A stretch of 60,289 nucleotides of DNA, filler included, from 4 parts of 4 records of this genome joined end to end with filler, not necessarily neighbours in it, one strand, 5' to 3'; shown: positions 49,221 through 59,301, counted from the first letter of the whole stretch. The notes: generated by a model from the letters alone, not told the origin. A program made the numbers and translations.

Positions 49221-49273
49221 ACATTAGCTATTTTTACTTGAAACTAATAGCTAGCTACTAATAAGAATTATAC

Positions 49274-50257
49274 ATGAACAATTTCGGAAGAATTTTCAGA
49301 CTAAGCATATTTGGTGAATCGCACGGAAAAGGCGTAGGTGTTACTATCGACGGTTGTCCTGCGGGAATATCACTTACAGAGGAAGATTTAATGCAGGATT
49401 TAAGTCGCAGGAAAGCGGGAGCTCGTGGTACTACGCCAAGAATCGAAAAAGATCTGCCTGCCATATTAAGCGGAACTTTTGAAGGAAAAACAACTGGTGC
49501 TCCTTTAATTATCTTGTTTCGTAACAAGAATACCAAATCAAAAGATTACAGCAATTTATTGGATAGTCCTCGTCCTGGTCATGCCGATTTTGTAGCACAA
49601 CACAAGTTTGGAAAAAATAACGATTATACGGGCGGTGGACATTTCTCGGGACGAATCACCTTAGGAATAGTTGCTGCAGGAGTTGTTGCCAAAAGAATAT
49701 TAGGTGATGTTGCCATTGATGCGAAACTAACAGAAATTGGTGGCAGAACCGATTTTGATGCTGCCATAGAAGAGGCTTTGCTTGAACATGACTCTATTGG
49801 AGGAATCGTAGAATGTAAGGCTAACAATTTACCAATTGGCTATGGAGAACCATTTTTCGACTCTGTTGAATCTATGATTTCTCATATGATTTTTGCCATT
49901 CCTGCAACCAAAGGAATTGAATTTGGATCTGGCTTTGCCGCTGCACAAATGAAAGGATCAGAACACAACGATAATTTTATTGATGAAACAGGTAAAACCG
50001 AAACCAATCACGCAGGTGGTATCAATGGTGGAATCACAAACGGAAACGAATTGGTGTTCCGTGTGGCAATCAAACCGACCTCATCGATTGGAAAGCCACA
50101 GGATACCATGAATTTTGCAAAAGGCGAAGTAGAAAGTCTGTTGATTGAAGGACGACACGATGCATGTATCGCATTGCGTATTCCGGTAATCATAGAAGCT
50201 GCTGCTGCCATTGCTTTGGCTGATTTAAAGTTGTTAGATCAAGCAAGAAGACATTAG
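49274..50257 (+). CDS. aroC: Chorismate synthase
   Basis: FGESHG, RPGHAD, GGGHFSGR, NHAGGINGGITNG, KPTSSI, GRHDAC. Confidence 0.96.
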   Translation: MNNFGRIFRLSIFGESHGKGVGVTIDGCPAGISLTEEDLMQDLSRRKAGARGTTPRIEKDLPAILSGTFEGKTTGAPLIILFRNKNTKSKDYSNLLDSPRPGHADFVAQHKFGKNNDYTGGGHFSGRITLGIVAAGVVAKRILGDVAIDAKLTEIGGRTDFDAAIEEALLEHDSIGGIVECKANNLPIGYGEPFFDSVESMISHMIFAIPATKGIEFGSGFAAAQMKGSEHNDNFIDETGKTETNHAGGINGGITNGNELVFRVAIKPTSSIGKPQDTMNFAKGEVESLLIEGRHDACIALRIPVIIEAAAAIALADLKLLDQARRH

Positions 50258-50298
50258 GTCACTGCATGTTATATTAGACCTATATATTTCAATCAATG

Positions 50299-50328
50299 AA
50301 AAGAGATGCCTTTAGGTGTCTCTTTTTT
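50299..50328 (+). terminator. Intrinsic terminator after aroC
   Basis: AAAAGAGATGCC-TTTA-GGTGTCTCTTTTTT. Confidence 0.8.
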
Positions 50329-50399
50329 ATTGTTTAGGGACCTATGTTATCCCCAGGTTAAAACCCAAGGTAGAGGATAATACTTGCAAATTCTCATCT

Positions 50400-50432
50400 A
50401 GTTGCTAAGCATCTTGGAGATGCTAAGCAACT
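50400..50432. repeat. REP-like inverted repeat
   Basis: AGTTGCTAAGCATCT-TGG-AGATGCTAAGCAACT: 15-bp arms, one mismatch. Confidence 0.55.
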
Positions 50433-50540
50433 TTAAAGAGAGACTGTTGAAATCAACCACTAGTATATATCCTAAACTTGTTTCCCTCCAAGGGAAACTG
50501 TTGATAAACTAAAGGGTGCTTTTTATTTAGTTTACTAATT

Positions 50541-50570
50541 ACACCCCTCTCCCTATCGGGATCTCCCCTA
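50541..50570. repeat. Second copy of the REP-like element at 36265, cut by contig end
   Basis: ACACCCCTCTCCCTATCGGGATCTCCCC versus ACACCCCTCTGCCTATCGGCATCTCCCC. Confidence 0.7.
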
Positions 50571-50670
50571 NNNNNNNNNNNNNNNNNNNNNNNNNNNNNN
50601 NNNNNNNNNNNNNNTTAATTAATTAANNNNNNNNNNNNNNNNNNNNNNNNNNNNNNNNNNNNNNNNNNNN
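50571..50670. other. Artificial contig linker
   Basis: 44 N + TTAATTAATTAA + 44 N. Confidence 0.99.
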
Positions 50671-51108
50671 AACGCAGATTTCACACAGATGCCTGTCCAC
50701 CAGCTTTTGCCTGTAGCGCTCCAGGACAGGCCTTGAGCCATCCGGCTCCAGCCCACGCTTCGACAGTTCCGGGAATATCTCTTTCCAGACCCTCTCCAGG
50801 GCCTTGGCAGTATGCTCCACCAGGAAAACCGCATAGAGCCCTCCCGGAATCTCACCAGGCTGAACGGCCTCCGCATCGGGTGCGTACTCTTCGGAGACAA
50901 CCAGGCAGGCGTCGTAGCGGCAGTCTTCGGGCTTGGTCTGTTCAGGGTTGTCCCGGGCGATCCCCAGGATGACAGAGTCGCCGTTTAACAGCCCCTCGGA
51001 TTCAGCCCAGAGCTTCAGTCTTTCCATAGTTTCACGATTGGCCCTTCCATAGGCTCCGGTCCTGCGGATGCAGGCCAGCCTGCAGGGGGAGATGTGTTCT
51101 TTCTTCAT
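50671..51108 (-). CDS. GyrI-like small-molecule-binding protein (3'-truncated at contig edge)
   Basis: IRRTGAYG, GIARDNPEQTKPEDCRYDACL, IPGGLYAVF, RPVLERY. Confidence 0.82.
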
Positions 51109-51324
51109 ACAGTGTTCCTTGTTTTGGATTTAATGCTGCCGCGACGCATGAGGATAAGGTAAGGCCTATTAAAAATGGAAGCAAGATAATTTTTAAAATA
51201 TTATATAATTATGATTTATTCTCTTTTCTTCAGGGGCGGAACTGGCGAATAATCAACAAAGGGATTGTGGAAGGAGCCGTATCTCCGTATAGTTTTACGA
51301 GGTCTTGTAATCCGGAGGATAAGG

Positions 51325-52200
51325 ATGTTTCATCCCTCAACACAGAAGGCTGTGGTAAACCAGGCCATCGATTATATAAACCAGAACCTGAAGGAGCTTA
51401 TCAGGGCGGAAGATATCGCCGATCACTGTTGCTATTCGCGTCACCATTTCAACAGACTCTTTCGCAAGGTGACCGGAGAGACCCTTTACTCCTTTATCAA
51501 GAGGCAGAAGCTGGAGTCCGCGGCGAGCCTGCTCTTCAAATATCCCGATCTCTCCATCACCGACATCGCCACCGATTTCGGCTACAGCTCTTCCAACTTC
51601 TCTGTCGCCTTTCAGAATCAGTTCCGGATCCGGCCCTCACAATGCCGGAGCGGCGACCTGCCGGGAACGGTGATGGAGCGCAAGCAGTTCATGATCGATC
51701 GCATCGAGGAGCACAAGCGCAGCGGTAGGCTGGCGGATATCTTCGAAGGGATCGATCGGAATGTCCGCATCAGAAGGCTTCCTGAAATCTTTCTGAAGTA
51801 CGAACGGTACATCGGTTCGTACTTCCAGCTTCCCCGGGTCTGGGAAGATTATATGAGTTTCGTCGCCCCATCGTCCCAGCGCAGGAAGATGAGGTTTTAC
51901 GGCCTGACCTACAGCGATCCCCTTGTCACAGAGATGAGCCGCTGTATCCACGACCTGTGCGTAGAGGTTCCAGAGCCCAGCGGGCTGCAGTGCCACAGGA
52001 TCCCGGCGGGGGAGTATATCTGCTATGCCTACAGGGGGGACATCCGCAAACTCTATGAAGCCTATAGCGGATTCATGGGTATCTGGCTGCCCGATAACAG
52101 CAGCCGGACATGGTCACGCAACTGTCTGGAGATCTACTATCCCTGCTCCTCTTCCATGGAAATAAATATGGAGGTCTGCGTGCTCAAGGACCCCGATTAA
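51325..52200 (+). CDS. AraC-family regulator with C-terminal GyrI-like effector domain
   Basis: AIDYINQNL..YSRHHFNRLF..GETL..SITDIATDFGYSS..FS.AF; YSDP..IPAGEY..WLP..LEIY. GGAGG precedes ATG 51325. Confidence 0.88.
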   Translation: MFHPSTQKAVVNQAIDYINQNLKELIRAEDIADHCCYSRHHFNRLFRKVTGETLYSFIKRQKLESAASLLFKYPDLSITDIATDFGYSSSNFSVAFQNQFRIRPSQCRSGDLPGTVMERKQFMIDRIEEHKRSGRLADIFEGIDRNVRIRRLPEIFLKYERYIGSYFQLPRVWEDYMSFVAPSSQRRKMRFYGLTYSDPLVTEMSRCIHDLCVEVPEPSGLQCHRIPAGEYICYAYRGDIRKLYEAYSGFMGIWLPDNSSRTWSRNCLEIYYPCSSSMEINMEVCVLKDPD

Positions 52201-52275
52201 TTAATAAAAGCGCGAATTCAGAAGTCTCACTCCCTCCTCACGGCTAAGTTGGTGGAAAATGAATAGGGAGAAAAT

Positions 52276-53670
52276 ATGAAATCATCAACTGAAAGAGAAC
52301 CCGGTCCCGGCCTGGAGCTTCTGTCTTATGCTCTGCCGGCTATCGTCTCCATGGTCCTTTCCGCTGGCATTGTCGTAGTGGACGGACTGTTTATCGGACG
52401 CAGCGAGGGGAGCGCCGGATTGGCAGCCGTGAACCTGACCCTGCCGATCTTCTATGTTTTTCTGGGGACGGCGATCATGATCGGAGTAGGCGGATCTGTG
52501 ATCACAAGCCGTATGAGAGGGGCCGGCCGTCTGGACGAGGCCCATCAGCTGTTCTCCGGCACCCTTGTGCTCCTTTCCGTGTCCATCGGAACCCTGCTGA
52601 TCATACTGAACCTCTTCTACAATCCCCTGCTGATCTTCCTCACGAGGAATGCCGCCCGGCTTCATCAGGGGCTGGACGCCTACCTGGGGACATTGCGCTG
52701 GTACTACCCGATCATGATGGTCAATCTCTGCGTCTCCATCTTCATCCGGTCGGAGGGGCGTCCGGCCCTTTCCATGGTTCTGGGGCTGGCGGGGAATCTG
52801 CTGAACGCTTTTCTGGATTACCTGTTGATCTTCAGGATGGGGATGGGCCTCCGCGGAGCGGCGCTGGCTTCGGGCCTGGCCTCCCTCCTGCCCCTGATAC
52901 TCGCTGCGGCCTATTTTCTGTCAGGCAGATCCGTTTTCCAATTGGCGCGCCCCGTTCTCAAGAGGCGGACCGCTGCCGGGATCTTCTATAACGGATCGTC
53001 CGAGATGGTCAGCCAGCTGTCCGCCGCTTTTTCCACTTGGCTGTTCAATCTGGTCATTCTGAAGTATATGGGCGTAGACGGACTGGCTGCCTACACGATC
53101 GTCGGGTATCTGATCTTCATCCAGGGGATGGTCGTCATAGGTCTCGCCACAGGGTTGGGACCCCTTGTCAGCTACCATTGGGGGGGAGGGCGAATCACCC
53201 GCCTTCTCCGGATCCTGAGGATAGGCTTGTCCGCCGCCTTCGCGCTGGGCCTCGCGGCCTGGATCTGCGTCATCCTGGGAGGGGAGCAGTTCGCAATGAA
53301 GATCTCAGGGGGAAACGAAGGCGTTCGGGCGCTGGCGACCAGGGGCTATCGGATATTCACGCTTTCCTTTCTGCTGAACGGCTTCAACATCCTGGTGAGC
53401 ACGTTCTTCACGGCCCTGGGGGAGTCGGGCATTTCCGCGCTGATCTCTGCTCTGAGAGGACTGGTCTTCAACTGCGTGTTCCTCCTCCTTTTCCCCCAGC
53501 TCTGGGGAAAGGAGGGGATCTGGCTCACCCTTCCCGGAGCCGAGCTGGCAACCCTCCTGTTCGCCGGCGCCCTCCTGTACGAACAGTGTGTCCATATGCT
53601 GCGCGAAGAGAAGAGCTCACCCGGAGGAAGGGGATTGAGGTATCTGTTTTTTATCCTGAAGAAAAGCTGA
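52276..53670 (+). CDS. MATE-family efflux transporter
   Basis: VDGLFIG..GLAAVNL, N.FLDYLLIF.MGMG.RGAALAS, PLVSY.WG, GIWL..P.AE; about 12 TM helices. Confidence 0.9.
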   Translation: MKSSTEREPGPGLELLSYALPAIVSMVLSAGIVVVDGLFIGRSEGSAGLAAVNLTLPIFYVFLGTAIMIGVGGSVITSRMRGAGRLDEAHQLFSGTLVLLSVSIGTLLIILNLFYNPLLIFLTRNAARLHQGLDAYLGTLRWYYPIMMVNLCVSIFIRSEGRPALSMVLGLAGNLLNAFLDYLLIFRMGMGLRGAALASGLASLLPLILAAAYFLSGRSVFQLARPVLKRRTAAGIFYNGSSEMVSQLSAAFSTWLFNLVILKYMGVDGLAAYTIVGYLIFIQGMVVIGLATGLGPLVSYHWGGGRITRLLRILRIGLSAAFALGLAAWICVILGGEQFAMKISGGNEGVRALATRGYRIFTLSFLLNGFNILVSTFFTALGESGISALISALRGLVFNCVFLLLFPQLWGKEGIWLTLPGAELATLLFAGALLYEQCVHMLREEKSSPGGRGLRYLFFILKKS

Positions 53671-53705
53671 GCCGGAGACTGGGCCCCTCCGCAATGAATA
53701 GAGAC

Positions 53706-53732
53706 AACCGCTGTGAGATCAGCGGTTTTTTT
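53706..53732 (+). terminator. Intrinsic terminator after MATE gene
   Basis: AACCGCTG-TGAGAT-CAGCGGTTTTTTT. Confidence 0.8.
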
Positions 53733-53779
53733 CATATAGTCAACTTTTGGAGAGAGGAGGTCGCATAATCCATACATCT

Positions 53780-53853
53780 GTAAATACCTACAATATACCT
53801 ATTAATCGTTTGACAAAATGCATTGACTGCGTTTATAGTGAGGTAAATACCTA
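53780..53853 (+). promoter_or_regulatory. Sigma70-type promoter flanked by repeated TACCTA operator half-sites
   Basis: TTGACA 53810-53815, 18-nt spacer, TATAGT 53834-53839. GTAAATACCTA 53780-53790, AATATACCTA 53792-53801, palindrome AGGTAAATACCT 53841-53852. Confidence 0.6.
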
Positions 53854-53871
53854 TAAAAAGGAGATTTTAGG

Positions 53872-54975
53872 ATGAGTTTATCAAAAAAACTTTATGTAAT
53901 GCTTATTTTATGCTTATTCATCGGAGCCGCAAACAGCCTTTTTGCGGCAGGAGCCCAGGAAGAAGAAGCCGAAGCATTTATCTATGAAACAGTAGGGCCC
54001 CAGGGCGAAGCGCCCACGGCTTATGATGACGTGCTGCTTTCCTCTGAGGATGAAGAGGCTATCAAGTCGGGAGGATACAAGGCGGCGATCCTGATGCATA
54101 CCTCATCGGATTGGACGAATGCCGTTGTGGCCGGGGCGAGTGATATGTTTGAGGGCCTGGGGATTGAGGTTGTGGCCGTAACGGACGCCGGATTCGATCC
54201 CAACAAGCAGCGGACGGATGTGGAAACCACCATGGCACTGGATCCCGATATCATCGTGACCCTTGTATTGGATCCCGTCAGCGGTTCGGTAGCCCTGAAA
54301 CAGGCCATTGACAAGGGGATCAAAGTCGTCCTGATCAGCAACCTTCCCAGTGACTTCTCCCACGGCACCGATTATGCCGGAATCGTCACAGACGACCTGT
54401 TTCAGATGGGCGAGTCTGTGGCGCAGATGATCGGCGACTCCCTGAATGGAAAGGGCGAGGTCGCTCTGATGTATCATGACGCCAACTACTATGTTACCAA
54501 TCAGAGAGATCAGGCTGTGGAAGCCGTATTGAATAGGGACTATCCCGATATCAAGATCGTGACCAAAAAAGGGATTGTGAATCCCAGCGACGGCGATGTG
54601 ATCGCTTCTGCCATCCTGACTCAGTTCCCCAATGTGGACGCCATCTACGCTCCCTGGGATACGATCGCCGAGGGCGTGGTCGCCGGTGTGCGGGCCGCAG
54701 GGAAAAAGGATGTGGGCGTTTATACAATGGACCTTGGCGCCAATAACGCCATGGACCTTGTCAAAGGCGGCAGCATGAAGGGAATGGTAGCGGACCTTCC
54801 CTACGTCCTGGGCGAAACCCTCGCCAAGATGGGGGCGCTGAGCGTGATCGAAAAAGAGACCCCTCCCTTCGTCACCGTACCGGCCATTAAGGTTGATGGG
54901 GACAATATCGAAAGCCAGTGGGAAAGGTCTCTGAACAGACCCCTTCCCGATGACGTCCGCAAGGCGATGAAATAA
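53872..54975 (+). CDS. Sugar ABC transporter substrate-binding protein (RbsB/Peripla_BP family)
   Basis: Spirochaete-style signal LFAAGAQEE; DAGFDPNKQRTDVE, PDIIV, FPNVDAIYAPWD. Confidence 0.85.
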   Translation: MSLSKKLYVMLILCLFIGAANSLFAAGAQEEEAEAFIYETVGPQGEAPTAYDDVLLSSEDEEAIKSGGYKAAILMHTSSDWTNAVVAGASDMFEGLGIEVVAVTDAGFDPNKQRTDVETTMALDPDIIVTLVLDPVSGSVALKQAIDKGIKVVLISNLPSDFSHGTDYAGIVTDDLFQMGESVAQMIGDSLNGKGEVALMYHDANYYVTNQRDQAVEAVLNRDYPDIKIVTKKGIVNPSDGDVIASAILTQFPNVDAIYAPWDTIAEGVVAGVRAAGKKDVGVYTMDLGANNAMDLVKGGSMKGMVADLPYVLGETLAKMGALSVIEKETPPFVTVPAIKVDGDNIESQWERSLNRPLPDDVRKAMK

Positions 54976-54992
54976 AGCAGTACAAAGAACAA

Positions 54993-55026
54993 GGGCCCGG
55001 GGCAGGGGGGACTCTGCTCCGGGTCC
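54993..55026 (+). other. GC-rich intergenic hairpin after the SBP gene (mRNA stabiliser or partial terminator)
   Basis: GGGCCCGGGGCAGGG / CTCTGCTCCGGGTCC stem with G-U pairs and no U-tract. Confidence 0.5.
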
Positions 55027-55095
55027 TGTAGCACACCGTCATGACATGCCAGCGTCAGTTCCGCCGGACCATGACCGCTACGCAAAGGAATAAAT

Positions 55096-56583
55096 ATGAG
55101 CGAATATTCGATAAACGCTTCCCGCATCAATATCAGTTTTAACAATGTGCCGATCCTCCGCGATGTGGATTTCAAGGTCAGGGCCGGTGAAGTCCATGCG
55201 CTGGTGGGAACCAACGGGGCCGGGAAGTCCACACTGATGAAGATCATCAACGGCGTATATAAGAAAGACTCCGGAACCATCTCCCTTTTCGGTAGAGAAA
55301 GCTCTTACGACAGTCCCGAGGGGGCCAGGCAGGCGGGGATCTCCATGGTGTTTCAGGATCTGAGCCTGATACCCAGCCTGTCTGTTGCGGAGAACGTATT
55401 CCTTCAGACCCATCCCTATCGCAAGGGCTTTCTGATCGATGATAAAAAAGGATTTGAAAAAACGCGGGAGCTCCTCTCGCTTATCGGCGTGGACGCCGAG
55501 ATAAGGCCCGGGGACAGGGTGGAAGACCTGAGTGTGGGGCAGCAGCAGATCATTGAAATTGCCAAGGCCCTTTCCCATGATCCCAAGGTGTTGATACTGG
55601 ACGAGCCGACCGCATCGCTCTCCCATGCCGAGATCGAGCGTCTATTCGATGTTATCCAGACCCTGAAAGACAAAGGGATCTCCATCATCTACATCACCCA
55701 TTACCTGCAGGACATCTTCAAAATCTGCGATAGCATTACCCTCCTGAGAGACGGTCGGGTCGTATTCAGAAAAAATACGGACGAGATTGACCTCCCGTTT
55801 CTGGTGGATTCCATGACCGGCACGGAAAGCGAGAACATATCCTGGAGCAGGAACAAATGCGAAAGAAAAGGAACAGCGCTGCTGGACGTGAGCCATCTGA
55901 CGACCAGTCATATCCATGATGTTTCTATAAGTATATATCCCGGAGAAGTCGTGGGGATCGCAGGCCTGCTGGGCAGCGGTCGATCCGAGCTTCTCCAGGC
56001 ACTTTTCGGAATAGACAAAGTCTGTTCCGGCAGCATCCTGATAGACGGGGAAGCCGCCGACATTTCATCCTCTACTGCGGCCATCGAACAGGGGATTACC
56101 CTCGTCCCCGAAAACAGGCGGGAGCAGGGGCTGGTCCTTGATTTTCCCGTAGCGGACAATATGGTCCTCTCTATTATCAACCGGCTCAGGAAGTTCCTTG
56201 TGGTGGACCGGGAGAAATCCGGAGAGATCGTCAAGCATTACATCAAGTCCCTCAATGTGAAAACCCAGGGGCCGGAACAGCTTGTCCGATTCCTTTCCGG
56301 AGGGAATCAGCAGAAGATCGTGGTGGCCAAATGCCTGGCAAGCAACTCCAGGATCCTCCTTCTCGACGATCCCACTTTCGGAGTGGATATTCATGCCAAG
56401 CAGGAGATCATGAAGATCATTCACGATTACGCTTCGAAGGGGAACGCAGTGCTTTTTGTCTCTTCCGAGTTCAATGAAATCGCCAATTTCTGTGACTCTA
56501 TCTATATAATGAAGAAAGGGAGCGTCACCGGATTAATAACAGATAAGGTCAGCGAAGATGATCTGCTGTATCAGGTTCAGTGA
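55096..56583 (+). CDS. Sugar ABC transporter ATP-binding protein (RbsA/MglA-type, two NBDs)
   Basis: GEVHALVGTNGAGKST, LILDEPT, GLLGSGRSE, LSGGNQQK, LDDPTFGVD. Confidence 0.93.
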   Translation: MSEYSINASRINISFNNVPILRDVDFKVRAGEVHALVGTNGAGKSTLMKIINGVYKKDSGTISLFGRESSYDSPEGARQAGISMVFQDLSLIPSLSVAENVFLQTHPYRKGFLIDDKKGFEKTRELLSLIGVDAEIRPGDRVEDLSVGQQQIIEIAKALSHDPKVLILDEPTASLSHAEIERLFDVIQTLKDKGISIIYITHYLQDIFKICDSITLLRDGRVVFRKNTDEIDLPFLVDSMTGTESENISWSRNKCERKGTALLDVSHLTTSHIHDVSISIYPGEVVGIAGLLGSGRSELLQALFGIDKVCSGSILIDGEAADISSSTAAIEQGITLVPENRREQGLVLDFPVADNMVLSIINRLRKFLVVDREKSGEIVKHYIKSLNVKTQGPEQLVRFLSGGNQQKIVVAKCLASNSRILLLDDPTFGVDIHAKQEIMKIIHDYASKGNAVLFVSSEFNEIANFCDSIYIMKKGSVTGLITDKVSEDDLLYQVQ

Positions 56584-56607
56584 AAGCCAGACCAGGAGTA
56601 ATAAACT

Positions 56608-57555
56608 ATGAAAGATAAAATTATGAAAATACAGTGGCGTAACCATGTTATCTATTTCATCTTTGCAGGGATCATCCTGCTCTTTTCCGTGCTGCTCTTC
56701 GACAGAGGCTTCCTGACGGGTTCGAATATGATGAACATCGCCCGCCAGACGGCGATGATATCCATCATGGCCATCGGCATGACCTTTGTTCTGGCGGCAG
56801 AGGAAATTGACCTGTCCTTCGGTTCGGTTGTGGCCCTGTCGGCGATTCTGACGGCTCTGGTATTAAGGGCCACGGGCAGCATCCTCCTCAGCGTGACCAT
56901 CGGGCTTCTGTCCGGAGCTCTCGTGGGACTGATCAACGGCCTCTTTGTGGCCCGCGTGGGGATACCCTCCTTTCTGGTGACCCTCGGCATGAGCGGTATC
57001 ATACTGGGCATGGCCCGCTGGATCAGCCATCTCCAGTCCATCCCTGTGAACAACGACCTTTTCGCGTTCATATTCGGTTCCGGAGACATCGGTCCCGTTC
57101 CCGTTCTCTTCATCTGGATGGTCCTGGCTACGGCGGCGGGTCACATCGTATTGAAGAAAACACCCTACGGAAGAAAGGTCCTGGCCACCGGAGGGAACAA
57201 GATATCCGCCCTTTACTCGGGGGTGAACGTCTCTTCCATGAAGCTATCGGTCATGGTGATCAATGCCGTACTGGCGGCTCTGGCGGGGATCCTGTATGCC
57301 GGCCGACTTCATGGGGCCCGTTACACCTTGGGAGAAAGCGAGGTCATGATCGTTATCGCGGCGGTCATCATCGGCGGTACGAGCATGTTCGGCGGTAAGG
57401 GCTCAGTCATCGGTTCGGTTATCGGGGCACTGATCATGGGTATTCTGAATAACGGCCTGATTCTGATGGGCCTTTCGGTGGATCAGCAGATGATCTTCAG
57501 AGGCTTGATTATCATTATCTCGGTTTCCCTTACCATGCGGGAAAAAAGAGCCTGA
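56608..57555 (+). CDS. Sugar ABC transporter permease (RbsC-type)
   Basis: IMAIGMTFV..IDLSFG, IPSFLVTLG, T.YGR...ATGGN..SA..SGVN, IAAVIIGGTS..GG.G. Confidence 0.93.
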   Translation: MKDKIMKIQWRNHVIYFIFAGIILLFSVLLFDRGFLTGSNMMNIARQTAMISIMAIGMTFVLAAEEIDLSFGSVVALSAILTALVLRATGSILLSVTIGLLSGALVGLINGLFVARVGIPSFLVTLGMSGIILGMARWISHLQSIPVNNDLFAFIFGSGDIGPVPVLFIWMVLATAAGHIVLKKTPYGRKVLATGGNKISALYSGVNVSSMKLSVMVINAVLAALAGILYAGRLHGARYTLGESEVMIVIAAVIIGGTSMFGGKGSVIGSVIGALIMGILNNGLILMGLSVDQQMIFRGLIIIISVSLTMREKRA

Positions 57556-57579
57556 TAAGGTCGATAGGAGAACAATACG

Positions 57580-59220
57580 ATGACATACTCAGATAAACAG
57601 ATCCGGGAACTGATAGATTCCATGTCTCTGAAGGCCAAGGTGGGGCAGCTTTTTCTGCTGGCCTATCCCGGGAAAGATCCGGAGGCCATCAGACCTCTCA
57701 TCGACGAGTACGGAATCTGCGGCTGTTACATCAGTCAGGACAATGCGAATACATTTGAAGAGGCCGCCGCCTCGGCAGCGGCGCTCCAGGAGATGAGCCT
57801 TGGGCGGGAAGAAAAGATCCCCCTGATGCTGGGGGTGGACCAGGAAGGCGCCTGGGGCGTGCTGGTTCCCGAGTCTCATACAGGCCCGGGGAACCTGGCC
57901 CTGGGGGCCCTCGCGGATCAGGGCACTACCGGCAAGGTATACGCAAGCATTGCCAGGGAGATGCTGAGCGTCGGATACAACGCCCTGCTCGGTCCCTGCG
58001 CGGATGTCAATATCGATCCCCTGTCTCCGATAATCGGAACGAGATCTTTCGGAGAGTATCCCGGACGGGTGGCCGAGTGCGTCGGCAGGGCCGTCCGGGG
58101 GGCTCGCCGCGAGGGGATACTGACGACCCTGAAACACTTTCCCGGACACGGGGGGACCAGCGGCGATACCCATAGGGAGATCCCCCGGGTTGACAAGAGC
58201 CTGGAGCAGCTGAAAAGGGAGGACCTTCTTCCCTTTCAGGAGGGGATCAAGGCGGGAGCCCATATCGTTATGACCTCCCATATCCTCTTCCCCCAGATCG
58301 ACCCCGAGCACCCCGCGACCCTTTCCTCTGTCATTCTGAAGGATGTTCTCAGAGCGCAGATGGGTTTCGAGGGGGTGATCCTTACGGACAGTATGAACAT
58401 GGGAGCGATCAGACGTTTCTATGATCCGGCCAGGTCGACCGTTATGGCCCTTCAGGCAGGAATCGATATAGTGATGCTTTCGGAAGAGCACTATGATCAC
58501 TCGGACAGCTATCTGGATAAACAGATGGATTCGCTCAGGCTTGTGGAACAGGCCATTCTGGAAGGTGAGTTGTCAGAAAAGGATGTGAATGACAAGCTCT
58601 TCCGCATTCTGGATCTGAAGCTGAATAAAATGAAGATCAAGGGACGGGACATCGGCCCGGAGGAGAAAAAGGCCATACTCTCGGCTGAAAGAAAAGCGGC
58701 GGAAGAGAGCTTCGTGCTGTATAGAAAAAACATGTGGCCCCTGCCGGAAACAGGTCGCATCGTCTGCATCAATGCCACGCCCCAAGGGAGCTACCATAAT
58801 CTGATGAACAGCCGGGGGATCGGCCCTAATCAGGAAAAACCGGCGTTTCTCAGCTTTGCTGAGGCAATGAGAGACCGGGAGGCATCCCTTGTGTTTATGA
58901 GCCATGAGGATATTGGCGCTCAAAGCCCTAAGGCCCTGGGCGACGCTGCGGCGATAATCGTCGTAACCGAGGACTATCCTCTGCCGGGAGAGGACTTTGA
59001 AAAGGGTGAACAGCAGGCCCTGGTCAATAGGCTGGCCTCGGAGTACGGGGACAAGCTGATCATCCTGGGGCTGCGCAGCTCCTATGAGCTTCCCTTGTAT
59101 CCCGAAGACGTCACCTATCTCTGTTCCTGGTCCAGCAGGTCCTGTTCTGCAGAAGCGGCCGCAGAAATACTGATGTCAAGGCGGAGGGAACTGAAAGGAA
59201 TCGCCCCGGTGAGTGTCTGA
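57580..59220 (+). CDS. GH3 beta-N-acetylhexosaminidase (NagZ-like, two-domain)
   Basis: KVGQL, GVDQEG, IGTRSFG, NagZ signature KHFPGHGGTSGDTH, MTSH, nucleophile region TDSMNMGA. Confidence 0.85.
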   Translation: MTYSDKQIRELIDSMSLKAKVGQLFLLAYPGKDPEAIRPLIDEYGICGCYISQDNANTFEEAAASAAALQEMSLGREEKIPLMLGVDQEGAWGVLVPESHTGPGNLALGALADQGTTGKVYASIAREMLSVGYNALLGPCADVNIDPLSPIIGTRSFGEYPGRVAECVGRAVRGARREGILTTLKHFPGHGGTSGDTHREIPRVDKSLEQLKREDLLPFQEGIKAGAHIVMTSHILFPQIDPEHPATLSSVILKDVLRAQMGFEGVILTDSMNMGAIRRFYDPARSTVMALQAGIDIVMLSEEHYDHSDSYLDKQMDSLRLVEQAILEGELSEKDVNDKLFRILDLKLNKMKIKGRDIGPEEKKAILSAERKAAEESFVLYRKNMWPLPETGRIVCINATPQGSYHNLMNSRGIGPNQEKPAFLSFAEAMRDREASLVFMSHEDIGAQSPKALGDAAAIIVVTEDYPLPGEDFEKGEQQALVNRLASEYGDKLIILGLRSSYELPLYPEDVTYLCSWSSRSCSAEAAAEILMSRRRELKGIAPVSV

Positions 59221-59301
59221 TCGGCTCGAATGCATCCAGGGGCAGGGCGGCACAGATAAGGTCTGTTGTCTTGCCCCTTCTTTATGATAAAATGGAGTGG
59301 T

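Noticed and set aside
57589-58500. Long antisense ORF (303 aa) and other overlapping ORFs in segment 4 (e.g. 53037-53768, 55078-55626)
   Set aside because: These are shadow frames of well-supported genes in GC-rich DNA, with no recognisable motifs.
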